Assembly (NCBI RefSeq): GCF_964194025.1
Contig: NC_134481.1
Coordinates: 40,796,001 to 40,860,000, forward strand
Direction: 5' to 3'
DNA: 64,000 nt
DNA from: Convolutriloba macropyga
Taxonomy: Eukaryota
Position 1 is the first letter of the stretch; each line of letters begins with the position of its first letter. Positions 48,201 to 60,200 of the stretch are shown one piece after another. The position numbers were made by a program, and so were the translations under genes. The notes below the pieces were generated by a model. That model was not told the origin of the DNA and made no database searches. It was given only the letters and a program-made list of their open reading frames with translations.

Positions 48201-51200
48201 CACAGGCACACCTATCGGTATTTACCGGCGTCGAATTAAATGTCCAATGCTTTTTTTGCTCCATCAAAAAGCAGCGAAAAGCTGTATATTTTTCAATGGT
48301 TGCAGCAAAGTCTATCTTTCTATCTAAGTCGGGGTCAGAAAATTTGCGATTTATTGAAGCAGATAATCGCGGAGATTAAATTTTACTTTTTACCCACCGA
48401 ATTGTGTGAGGTAGTAGAATATTTTTTCGAAAATTTTGGTTCAGCTCAATTTTCCGTTCAACAAAGTGAGCAGCTCACGCGAATATTTTCTGCACTATAC
48501 ACTATAATACCAAAAATCTACTTATAGCAATTTTTTTACTCTTCATGCGTTATTCCCGCTAAAACTGTTTGATTTTCACTAAGGCGTGAAGTTTTAAATA
48601 AGTTTTAATTCTCTTTTTCTCAGCTTCCGCAGAAAAGATGACTAAGCCATTTTGTTTGTTGATAATTGCCACGCTGTCGCCACTCGAAAGGGCTAATTGT
48701 CATGGACAGAAAACAGAAAGGTTCAGTTTAAAATCGAGAGCTAGTACACAGGAGGGTGCCTACAAACGTTAGCATAAAAGTTTTATTCGTTCTGTAATAT
48801 AGCCGCTTTATGTAGCAAAATAATTTACAATGAACATGGTTAAATATCTGTTAAAATTATAACAAACGAGATGTTTTTTTTTCACTTTTTTATTAAACAA
48901 AGCTGTAATCAAGGTTGCTGCAAACATTTGCTTCAATTTGTTTTTTTTTTTGCAAAACTGATGGTCCAAAGTGCTTTTCCACTCAAAAATTTAAAAAATT
49001 TTGACAAACTTGAGACGTGTGCTGGAACATTTTTTGCTACGCATAGTCTCGCATAAGCCGTCTTGTTAGGATATTAAACAAACTATTACAACACATTTGA
49101 TTTCAATTTAACCCATTGTTTCAATTTCGTTTGTTTACTTATGGAATCAAATTGAACGAAAAACTTCAATATTTGTCATGATACTTATTATGGATTTTCT
49201 AATATATTCGGGGAAAATCTGTTGATTATAAGAGTAATGCCACTGGAAGTATTTTTTGTAATATATTAATTCAGCAGAAGCGATTGAAAATGACGTCACA
49301 AACGAACAATACAAGGACACGGTTGTTACAGAGTATGCCGAGGGTTTCGAAGAGGAAGCGAATGAAGATTACTACGAGGATGAGGAATCGGTTGAGTCTA
49401 GTGAGGGTGGAATGAATTTGGACGAAATAGAGGAGAACTGTGCCAATATGTTTGCGAATACTGCCTCTCGCCAGCCGACTTTGCTGGAATTGGATCACTA
49501 CTACAGTATCACACTTCCATTGGAGCTGTTCGAAATATCGTAAGATTGTGTTGTTAATTGCTCTCAAACGAAGTTTGTAGCAATTATATTAGTCCTGTCG
49601 GTCTTTTTCTTATGCGATTTTTCGCTTGACCGATTTTTCGTCTGACGCTTTTGACTTTTCGTCATCAAAAACGGGATAAACAGGTAGCGCCCAGCGGGCA
49701 TTAAGTGCTCGTAGAGCCTTTCAGCTCTGTTTCAGCCCAAAACTGTTTTGGAGACTTGTACTTATGGTGTGAAGGGTGGTACTTAGAGGTTGAAGACGCC
49801 TGGCTACTGACGAACAACCGATCGCTAAAAACACGCAATTTTATACTAATTTTCACAATTTTTTTCAAGCTTTTTGAAAATTTTTGTCATTTTTTGGGTA
49901 TTTTCAGCCCTAGATGTCAAGGCACCCCACTCTAGGGTTTTATAATAGTTTACTGCATAGTTTCTAGTGGTAATAGAATGGTTTCAACATTTCAACATTA
50001 CGAATTTTTGCATTTTTTTTTACGAAACTTTCAAATTTTTTCAAGGTTTTTGAAAATTTTTGTCGTTTTTTAGGTTTATTGCGCCTCAAGAACCAAGGAG
50101 CCTCCTCTAGGGTTTGATAATAGGCTACTGTATATTTTTTAGGTGTAATTTAATATTTTCAAGATTTTAACATCACGAATTTTAGCGTTTTTTGGACAAA
50201 AATAGCATTTTTTTTTTAATTTTTAACATTTATTGTCATTATTCAAGATTTTTCAGCCTCAGGGTTCAGAAAACCTCCCTAAGGGTTTGATAATAGGGTT
50301 TGCTGCATAGTTTCTAGTGGTAATGGAATGGTTTATAACATTTTAACATCACGAAATTTAGCAATTGTTTGATAAAACTTGAATTTTTTTGAGATTTTTC
50401 AAAATTTAAAGTTTTCAAAAGTTTTTCCAGCCCCAGGAACCAGAAAACCTCCTCTAGGCCTTGATGATAAGTTACTGAAAATTTTTTATGGTCCATAGAA
50501 TAGTTTTCAACTTTTTTTTATAAAGTATTTCGATTTTTCATAAAATTTGCGATTTTTTCAAGTTTTTTGACAATTTTTGTCATTTTATAGGTTTATCGAG
50601 ACTCAAGAGCCAAGGAACTTCCTTTAGAGTTTGATAATAAGTTATTGTATAGTTTCTAGATGCAATGGAGTGTTTTTAAAGATTATAAACTTTAACGAGT
50701 TTTAGCATTTTTTTTTAATTTTAGGCAATGTTTTTTGAAATTGTTTGTCATTTTTTTTAGGTTTTTCCAGCCTCAAGAGCCAAGAAACCTCCTTTGAGGT
50801 TTGAAAGTAAGCTGCTGCTGAGTTTCTAGAGTTAATGGAATGGTTATCATTATTTTAATGACTCGAGTTTTCGCAATTTTTTGATAAAATTTAATTTGAA
50901 ATTTTTTTGAAAAATTGTTATGTATGGATCTTTATGAGCCACTGAAACTGTTTAAGGCTTGAAATAGGGATACTGGATAGTCTGAGAGAATGGAATTGTG
51001 TTCTGAGGATATTAACATCACGATTATTAGCAAGATTTTGTTTAAATTTGTAATTGTTTTTTAATTTTTTGAATATTTTTGTCCTTTTCTGAGTTTAACG
51101 ATCAACGAAGCTTTTTAAGTCTTGCAGATGGGTTACATGACAAAAATCAATCCAGAGACAACAATTGTTCTTGAATATTTTGTACTGCGAAATGTGGAAT

Positions 51201-54200
51201 GTTTTGAATTTTGCACTTCCTATGATTTAGTTAGTAACAAGGCAAGAAAACTTGAATTTGTAGAGTCGAATCTTATCATGAAAATTCCTAGCTCTCACTC
51301 TATATCTGTGTGTGTGTGTGTGTTGGCTGGCGTTTCTTTCCTTCTATTTTTCGCTCACGTTTAATCTCGCACACTCTCTCTCCTTAACTTTTGTTGATGC
51401 TGCATTTCAGCGACTGTTATGTGGCGTGATGTCATCGTCTATTACCCTAATCTCAGGCGCCTTCAATCAAGCTAAACCTAACCTCACCAAACAGTGGCTA
51501 GGTACTGACAAAGCCAACCGCTCTTCGGTCGTTTATCGAATCAAACCAATGTGTTGAAGAAATTTCTGCTGAGTGAGGAATGTTTGGTTCATCTGCTGCG
51601 TTTAGTCATTGACTTTTGGATTGTAAAATTTTTAGGATATTGATGCAAGTGAATCGTTATTAGCCGTTTTTCGTTTTCTTTGATCCAATTAGCTATTTCC
51701 TCTTGTACTTAGGTTCTATAGTGTGATATTTTTATACGAGGTGAAGTAACATGTTTTTTTGCAACAAGTAAATTAAAATTATAACCATATGGTTAATTAT
51801 ACGTGAAACAAAAAATATTTCAAATCATTCAATCAAAATAATAAACATCAATCAATTTTCTTAAAGAATCACATTTAAAATTTTTAATCCGATTGTTTTC
51901 TTCCTAAAAATAAAAATAACTTTTAAAAGCTCCTACGTTACTATTCATGTAGCTATATAAAATTGGTTTTAAAGCGTTTTTGAGATCCCAATAATGTTCT
52001 TCAAAGTCAAATACGCCCTATAAACCCTGTTTGTTTGGCTTCATTCGTTTTTTCTTTAATGCTGCATTTATTGAACGGACTTGCTGTTACGCACTGATTT
52101 TTAAAGAATGAATCTACGGTGTTATTGAGGTAAATTTGAGAGATAACTTGGAATAATTATCGTCATTTTCAAGGGCTTATTTTGACGTTTCACAGTGCGA
52201 TTTTTAGCGGATATATTTTTAATGAAATTGGCTAGTAACAGCCTTTTACTGAGCGGTTCGGATGCATGATATATCCACCTATTTGCCTTGTATTTTAGAG
52301 TTTTGTTAGTCTCAATTTGTACTCTAACAAAGTCTGTCAAACTTAGAAGTTTTCAAGAGAATTTCCAGTTCAATCTTTATTTATTTCGGCAAGAATTATT
52401 CAACAACTATTATTAAGAAGTTTCTCAAGTTCTGTCAAGTTTTAAGAGATGTTAAGCAACTGATTGTCAGGCTGGTTCTCCGGTGTTCTGGTGATAGTGG
52501 GTTCCGCAGGACTGTGCCTCGAGTTGTATTGGTCCTTCGCAAATATTTACTGATCTACAAGTTGGGCTTTTGTACGTCTCTTGATGTTTGTTAAGTACAT
52601 ATACAAGTTCCGTATTAGCACCTACTTTATCAGAATAATTACTTCACCAAGTACATAATCTCTCATGAAGTTATTTACTAATTATGCGAATTTATCTTCA
52701 AGAAACTCAAAAAGGTAAATATTGAGGCTTTTAGGCACTTGATATATTTATCAATAAACTGTCAATCTGCGGTTGTTTTTAATAAACATAAACAAATTTG
52801 GGTTTACAGGCCTAGATGGAAATACTAGCTATATATGGCCTTGAAACTAAATGAGTATTATAGCAATTATTTGTGGATATTTTAAGGAATATCATCACGT
52901 AACTATGAGGGACGAAATAGGGGCGTGACACTTGCTTTAATGTAGGCAGTTTTGTACCAATTTTATTGCAATGTTTCTCACCATTTTGTTTTGCTTTGCG
53001 TTAATGATTATAATTGGCTTTTTTAAACGTATTTGGCAATCAATAGACTGCGGAATGAAATTTCTGAAAAAGTCTAAATTGACTCGATTATTTGTTTTTC
53101 ATTTTAGGGGTTCAGTTCAGTGTGTCGCTTATTAATTTTTGGACTCGGGTTACTTTTTTTGGGGGGGTACTGATATCGATTGCTCTCAAACGAAGGTTGA
53201 AGCAATTATTGTACCAGGTTGGTCTTTTGTGATTTCTTGAAATTTTCCTGAAGACTCCTTTTTGATTGACTTCTTTTCCTTGACTTAGTGATTTTTGCTT
53301 GATCTATTTAAATCTCAGTTGCTAGCTTTATACTAAGTTCGCAAATTTTTGCGCATAAATTGGTTTCAATTCTTCATTTTGAATACTTGTAGTGGTATAT
53401 AATGCTCTTTTGTAAAATCATTGAAATGATGAAGGAGCAATCCGCCCCCGACACAGAAGAAGTCTACAGTATTATCAATCCAAGCCTTTCGTTTTAGAGC
53501 ATTTTAGCCTTACGGTCGTCGTTGGAGACTGAGTAAAGTAAATTTAAGTTGCCGCAAAAATTTAAACCACCAATTTTAACTTTTGTGCAAAAAATTTGCT
53601 GTTAGCAATCGAAATATTTGGTCTATTTTTGTCTGCAGTCGAGTATGGTGCGTTTCAGTTGAGTTTCAACATTTTATATTTTTTCCTTCCGTCGCGAGCA
53701 ATTTAACTGTAGAAAACACTCAGGTTTTTTTCATTATTAGGATATAAAGCAATTGATTGCAACGCTTTTGGAGGTGCGTTTTATTGTATACTTCTTTCGT
53801 ATTGTACAGTATTTTTGGTATCTTAAACTTCATCAGTTGAGATAACATCATTTTTGATCGAAAATTTTTTAACCCAATTTATGTGTGCTGTTTGGTTCCG
53901 TTTACTACATGTCATGGTAGTAGTAAACAATAGAGCTGTGAAGAAAAATAGGGGGCACTTTTTACATGGAAAACCCACCCCATACACGCACAGCTCTATC
54001 GTCGTATGTTACTTATGGATCATTTGAGAGCTCCTCTTTTCCAGGTTGACGAAGCATCTTGGAACCCACAACCCACCCTCCCTTGTCCCGGAACCTCCTC
54101 ACTGCAACAAGAGAGAACTTACTAACCCAGACAACCTTCACCAGTTCCGAAATCTGAAGGTAATTTCTACACGATATTTTCAAACAGTTTTGTTGGTCTT

Positions 54201-57200
54201 GTTTCATTTTCGTTAATTTTTCTTAACAAATATAAATGGCTTCTATATCCGTTAATTTGACTGCACGTGATGTTACTGGACAACTGAGATACTGAACACT
54301 TAGAGGAAAAAACAATCTCCATTAGAAAAAGAGTTACAGGGTTTAAAGATTTTTAATTGCCGCACCGCGATAGCTGGGGCTATTATTGGCCTTCTATTGG
54401 TTTTTTACGACTCGAAGAGGAGTATTGGTTTTATTAAGGGTTTTTTTTTACCGGAAGTACTATTTGTTCAGGCGGAGTTTTGACCTAATAGAAAGTGAGT
54501 CAAATTGCTGTGTGAACTAACTTTTTCTGAGCGAGAGAAGTTTTTTGTTCATGCGCTGCGCTCAGTGAATGACTTTTTGACTTTGAAAAGAGTGTTTGAG
54601 AGATTGGCGCATATAGATGACAGTTTTTAGCTGTGTTTTCGTCCATTTGGCCCAATTTTTCAAATTGTAATTTGATTTTTTGTGGAATTAACTTTTGATC
54701 GATGCGGTTTGAAAATGCAACCATTTGAAATCAATAACGCAATGTTTTTGAGAGGCTAATAATGCGTTTCAAATACAGGATTGGCACATTTCTCATTTTT
54801 TTGGCTTTTTTCAATAATTTTTTAATGTTTGAATCTTTGAGCAGACTTTTTAAAACAAATTAGTAAATATGGCAAAGGGTTTTTTTGATAATTCCTGAAT
54901 TGCATGCCTCTTTTTGACGTGAGGTGTTTTTAATTTACATTATTATACACATACTAATCCGATTGTGGCGGTTTTTGTCCTAAGTTTCCTAAGTTTTTTT
55001 GTTTTTTTTTAACTTTAATTACCATAAAAATTCTTTTAATGCACCGTCAGGCTTTTTGGTTTCGTTTTGTTGCTGCTTGCATTTTGGCGATAACTCTTCA
55101 TCTGAGAAAAAATTCACCGAAAATTTTTTGAACCATTTTTTGATCGTCTTTTTAAATTGTATTGCTGTTTTGCAATTGATTTAATTTCACTTCTTTCTGA
55201 GACATGAAGATGGCGATTTAATTTTTGTTAAACATCGGTTGCTTAATAACAAAAAATTGTTATTTGCCTTTTTTTCTGTGTTCTGCTTTTTAATTAGGTT
55301 TCAAATTTAATTGACAATTTCGTTTTGCAGAAATTGCGAATCACTTTTTTGTTTGTCTTTTTCACAATTTATGTATTCTTATTCTAGCATGTTTTTTTCG
55401 AAGATTCTCCTAAAACCTATGGTTTTATTTGACCTGCCTTTATTTAAATTACAATTACAATTAAATTACAATCGATTTGAACTAATAATTTTCGTCTTTT
55501 TTTCTTTAATTTGCACTTTTGTTTGCACTTGGTTTTATTTGATATCTTATGGCATTGAGATTTTGCTTGTTTCACTTTCTAAAATTTTGAACGACTCTCT
55601 TTTTCTGCGAATAGTCTCATGGCTTGGTTTTAGTATTATATAATTTTTTGCGTCTGAATTTTGTTCTGTCTCTAGTCTTTTTCATGATTAATTTCGATTG
55701 GGTTAATATTTAGGCCAATTTTCAGTTTTATGGCGTTCGTTGTGGTTTAAAGCGACAACTAATAAGCTAATTTTTTTAGTTACCATTTGATTACTTTTTT
55801 ATATTGCAAAAAAATTTTCTATTGAGATAACTTACGGAAAATTATGGAAGCCTAGATTGATTTAAAATGTAATTTTTTCACAAAGACGATCCTTCGAGTC
55901 GGTTCCGGAATTCTTCCGGTTATGTTTTAAATTTATTACGTCCATAGGACGTCACAACCACTTCGAATCTGCTTTTTGTTCATTCGTTCATGCAATTTAA
56001 ACTGAAGTGCGTTCGTGACGTCATTTCTCACTTCTTTTGTTCTTTTGTTCATTCGCGTTATTTAGTTTTTGCGTGACACGTGACTTAACCGTAGTTTCAT
56101 AAATGACTTTTGAAATTGACTTTTCTTCTCTTTAGTTCACAGAGAAAAGGTCAAGTGAATGTGTGCCACTCTAAGTGAAGGTTATTTACGAGCAGCGAAT
56201 AGAGGCAGCAATAATTTACACAGATTCGTTATCAAAATTTAACATCTCACCTTTTAACATCTCTGTCTTTTTTTTTTACTGTTTTGAGACTGCAGATCTA
56301 CGAAGTTATTGCGGCTATTTTCTGGCATTTTGGGAGCTATGTTTTGTTTTTAGCGTTTTTTTATATATATATATAATGGTCTGTGGAGCCCAAAAAGAGA
56401 TGGAATTATCAATTGCAATTTACATACACATTTTCAATAGTCTTGAATGCGTTTTTTAGACGACCATATAGTCTACAGGAGGAAAAGAAACAGTTCTTTT
56501 TTAATTTTTTTAAAATTAACTTTTGTACCCATAAATCCTCATATGAATGAACTTAACCCGACAAAAGCCATGTATGAATACCCGATTGCTAAAACTAATT
56601 AAATTTTTTATTCAATATTTTTAAGTTATTTATTGAGTATTTTTGAGTATGTTTAAGTCATTGTCAGATACTAAAATTTCTCACTCAAAATAATACGATT
56701 TGTTTTTAGGGTATCAAGGAGAGCCTTTCGTTTGTACTCCGTCCCGAACCCTCCCTTCGGGCAATCTTCAGACACGAAAATCTGGACCAAGTTGGTCACC
56801 TCATCAACAGATTCCTTCAACAGGCAAGATTAAAACCACTACTTTGAGTTATTATGAATCAGAAAGCGCGCATGGCAAGTTGTGATACGTATTATACTAG
56901 TTTTGTTAATTTAATTTGTTATATAAAAATCATCCTAGAAACTGAAGAACCTACCAAGATATCTAGAGGGAGAGTTTTAATGCGCTAAAGTTCATGAAAA
57001 CAGTGCGTGAAAAAATTAACCAATGCACTTGGAAGGCCGTGAACAATTTGTACCTTTAAGTGTGGGAGATTAACGAAAGATCCCACAAACTAGCTTAAAG
57101 ATTCGAGAGATACTTTATATCTTAGATTGAAAACTTATTCCTTTGCCCCGTTACATAAAATTCCCTTTTCATTAGAGGGAGAGAGATTTGGGGGGGGGGG

Positions 57201-60200
57201 GGGTAGGGGCAACATTGTTTAGTTTGTTATAGGAAGTTAATGATGAATCTTGGATCACCTACAACTTGGCAACCATCTTCTGGCGAATTAAAGGCGACTC
57301 AGTAGAAGCTCTCAATTGTATAAGTAATGCAATTGATATTTCCCCAAGTGATAAACTGGCCATTGCTCTTATGCACATGGCTGCCATTCTACACAAGCAC
57401 TACTACCACGCGGATGCTCAGTTTGTCGCGTGGGTGGCTCTGGAAACGTGCAATCAGAGGGCTAGGGGGTTCATACACCTGTTCCTGGCTAACGTCCAGT
57501 GCTTACCTGTAAGTGAGGTTCTTTTTCACAAAAGCAAGCATAGTAAAGTGACTGACTATTCATAGCCAATTATGTCCTGACAATAGATTGAAAAAATTAC
57601 TTTTAAGGAGGATATAAAAAATTGATGACAATAACATCGTAAAAATTAATTAAAGCATTCCTTTTACACTCAGCTGTTTTCAAGCATTTTATTGATAAAT
57701 AGTACAATATTCTGTTATTTTGTTTTCAAAGTTTTCCTCTTTGCCTGTTTTTTTGTTTACTGTTTGCATCTCAAGCTTTTTTGAGAGTTCATCAATGTTT
57801 GACGCGTTGAAATGCTTTCCGAATAATATAGATATAAATTTCCTCTTTTTAAACCCAGTTGTGTCTATAAAATTTTGAATTTGCGTTATTTTTTATTAAT
57901 TGCTCTTGAACGAAGTTCGTAGCAATTATTGTAAACGTGTGTGTCTTTTTTATGCAAAATTTGTGCTTGACAATTTTGACTTTTCGAGTGACTTTTACGC
58001 CCTTGACTTTTTGCGTTCCGCGTCATCTAAAATTCTCTCAATCACAATTTCAAGCAGCTGAATTCAATTGGCGGCAATTTAATAATAAAAGTCAAATGAA
58101 AAGTGCGCCGAAACTGGTGCCATTTTTTACTTTAAATCTTAATAGTGGTATATGTTAACCTCTAATGTGGTTATTTGAAGCCCACTATTGAACTTCCTAG
58201 TCCCATTTAGGCTCCCTCACCCCACCCCCCCCCCCCCCGACTGAAGCAGGCTAAAATTCATTTAGAGCTCCCACTAGTCGTTCGAGAGCAATTCTTCCGA
58301 CGTTTAGTCGGTTATGTTTTAGAATTCTACCAGTTTCAAGCGATCAAAGGTGGCATCCAATTTTTCAGCTATTAAAGATTAAAATCTCTAAATAATTTTT
58401 TGACATTTTTCAATCTGAAAAATTAAAGCAAATTGGAAAATGCTCGTTGTTTGAACTCTTTGACGCTCAGTTTTTATATTTAAGGGTGAATTCAGACACA
58501 ACCTATTTGAATTTGACGGTTTTCAAGGGAAATTGGTTATTGAAATTTTGCGTACAGCTTCTACCGATAAAGTTAAAGATCTGTCAATAAAGTCAAAGCA
58601 TTTAAAACATTATTGTCAAACTTATTAAGTTGTTTGTATTAGCTTGTTGCATGTCGTCTAGAAGCATATCATAGACCTTTGCAGTTATCTAGTTTGTTCT
58701 CTTTTTCTGAAACAGTGTTGGTGGTAAAGATTTACCACAGTCTGTTCTGCTCAAACAGACTGTGGTAAAAATTTTTTAACAAATGTGACTACTTTCTCTT
58801 TGTTTGTTTTTCTAGATGCTTGAGCAGCAGTTGTTCTTCGGTGAAGAAATATCTTTGTTTTTCGGGTTATTTCAATTAAGATGAAGATATAATTTTTCTC
58901 CTGATTTTATAATTTAACAGTTTTTTCAATGGTTCATTTGAGATAACGTGGGGTCGGGTTAAGGTCTGCAGAGAATTTTGTTTTCTACTTTTGCTTTCTG
59001 GTGGTCTAAATAATGTACTATATAGAAACACGTGTGTGTTTTATAAATGACGTATTATATTTTGGTTCTGAAGCCAAGAGTGTCAGTTGTTAAATAACTG
59101 CTGTTTGTCACTTGTTTTTTCCGGATAATGGAGAGTTTTCAATTGATGATATTTATTTCATTACATTAGTTAACAATTGGATTTGATAACGTGCCTGAAA
59201 ATTCTCTGGGACGTGCTCCATCAAGATCGTTGATTTTGATTTTCCTCCGAAGAACTCAAACTGTTTGGACAACCGTGCTTTTTTTAGCAACAGAAAACTT
59301 CAAGATGGCTTCTCTCCTTGAGAAAATGGAGCAATGAATTACTTTCGACAATCTCAACTTTTGAAACTTTGCGTCTTTTTGTGGAAAAATATGAAAACTA
59401 AAGCCGCAGTGTTATGCTATAGGACTAACTCTGTTTAACCATCTTTCAGAAATGTTGCTGAAATCATTCAAAATTGAGTTCCTAATAGGTTTTATGAATG
59501 TTCAAATTGCGCATAGTTGTGCTTTAGCTGCAAAACCGTAAGGTCAGAGCTGCTATTTTGCGCTACTCTTGGCTGCTGTTTGGCTCATGTGACAATTGAA
59601 AATATATCAATTGAAAATATATCTATTGAAAATATATCAATCGAAAATATATCTATTGAAAATATATCAATTGATGACATTGGTTTCATTACATTAGTTA
59701 ACTATCAGTTTTAATGCCGTGTCTGGAAAAATTTGAAGGTTCTACTCCACCAAGATAGTTGATTTAGTTTTGATTTTGTTCTGATTACAAACGTTGAACG
59801 CTGTTAATTTTACATGTTCTTAAAAAACTTTAGTTGAATCATTTGGATTTGATAACTTTATTAGATCGCGTCGGCTACCCAACCAACTATTTCTTCATTT
59901 GTCTCTATCTTTTTTTATGACGCTGAACAGACGAAACAGTTCCAGAAAAAAAAACACAAAACAGTCCCAAACAAAGAAATCCCGGGATCTATTCTGTTTC
60001 GGCCCCCCAGCTTAGTAAGCATAAATTTTTATGACCCCCAGGCGCACGTGCTATTTTTTTACATAGTAACGTGCCATATAACAACATATAATTCGTAACT
60101 GGGGGTCATAAAAACTCTGGGGGGGGGGCGAAACAGAAGAGATTCCAATCCCGAATAGCGGAACATTCCCAGACATGGTCCCAAAAAAGCAGGCAAAACA

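Noticed and set aside
49271-49567. - strand 98 aa ORF
   Set aside because: Antisense shadow of TTC17 exon 3.
52471-52560. GC-richer stretch resembling a TTC17 exon (DCASSCIGPSQIF)
   Set aside because: Exon 54045-54159 already joins exon 3 in phase with better TTC17 similarity.
59595-59674. Regular repeat as a CRISPR array or coding repeat (ENISI)n
   Set aside because: No spacers; it is a simple intronic minisatellite in a eukaryote.
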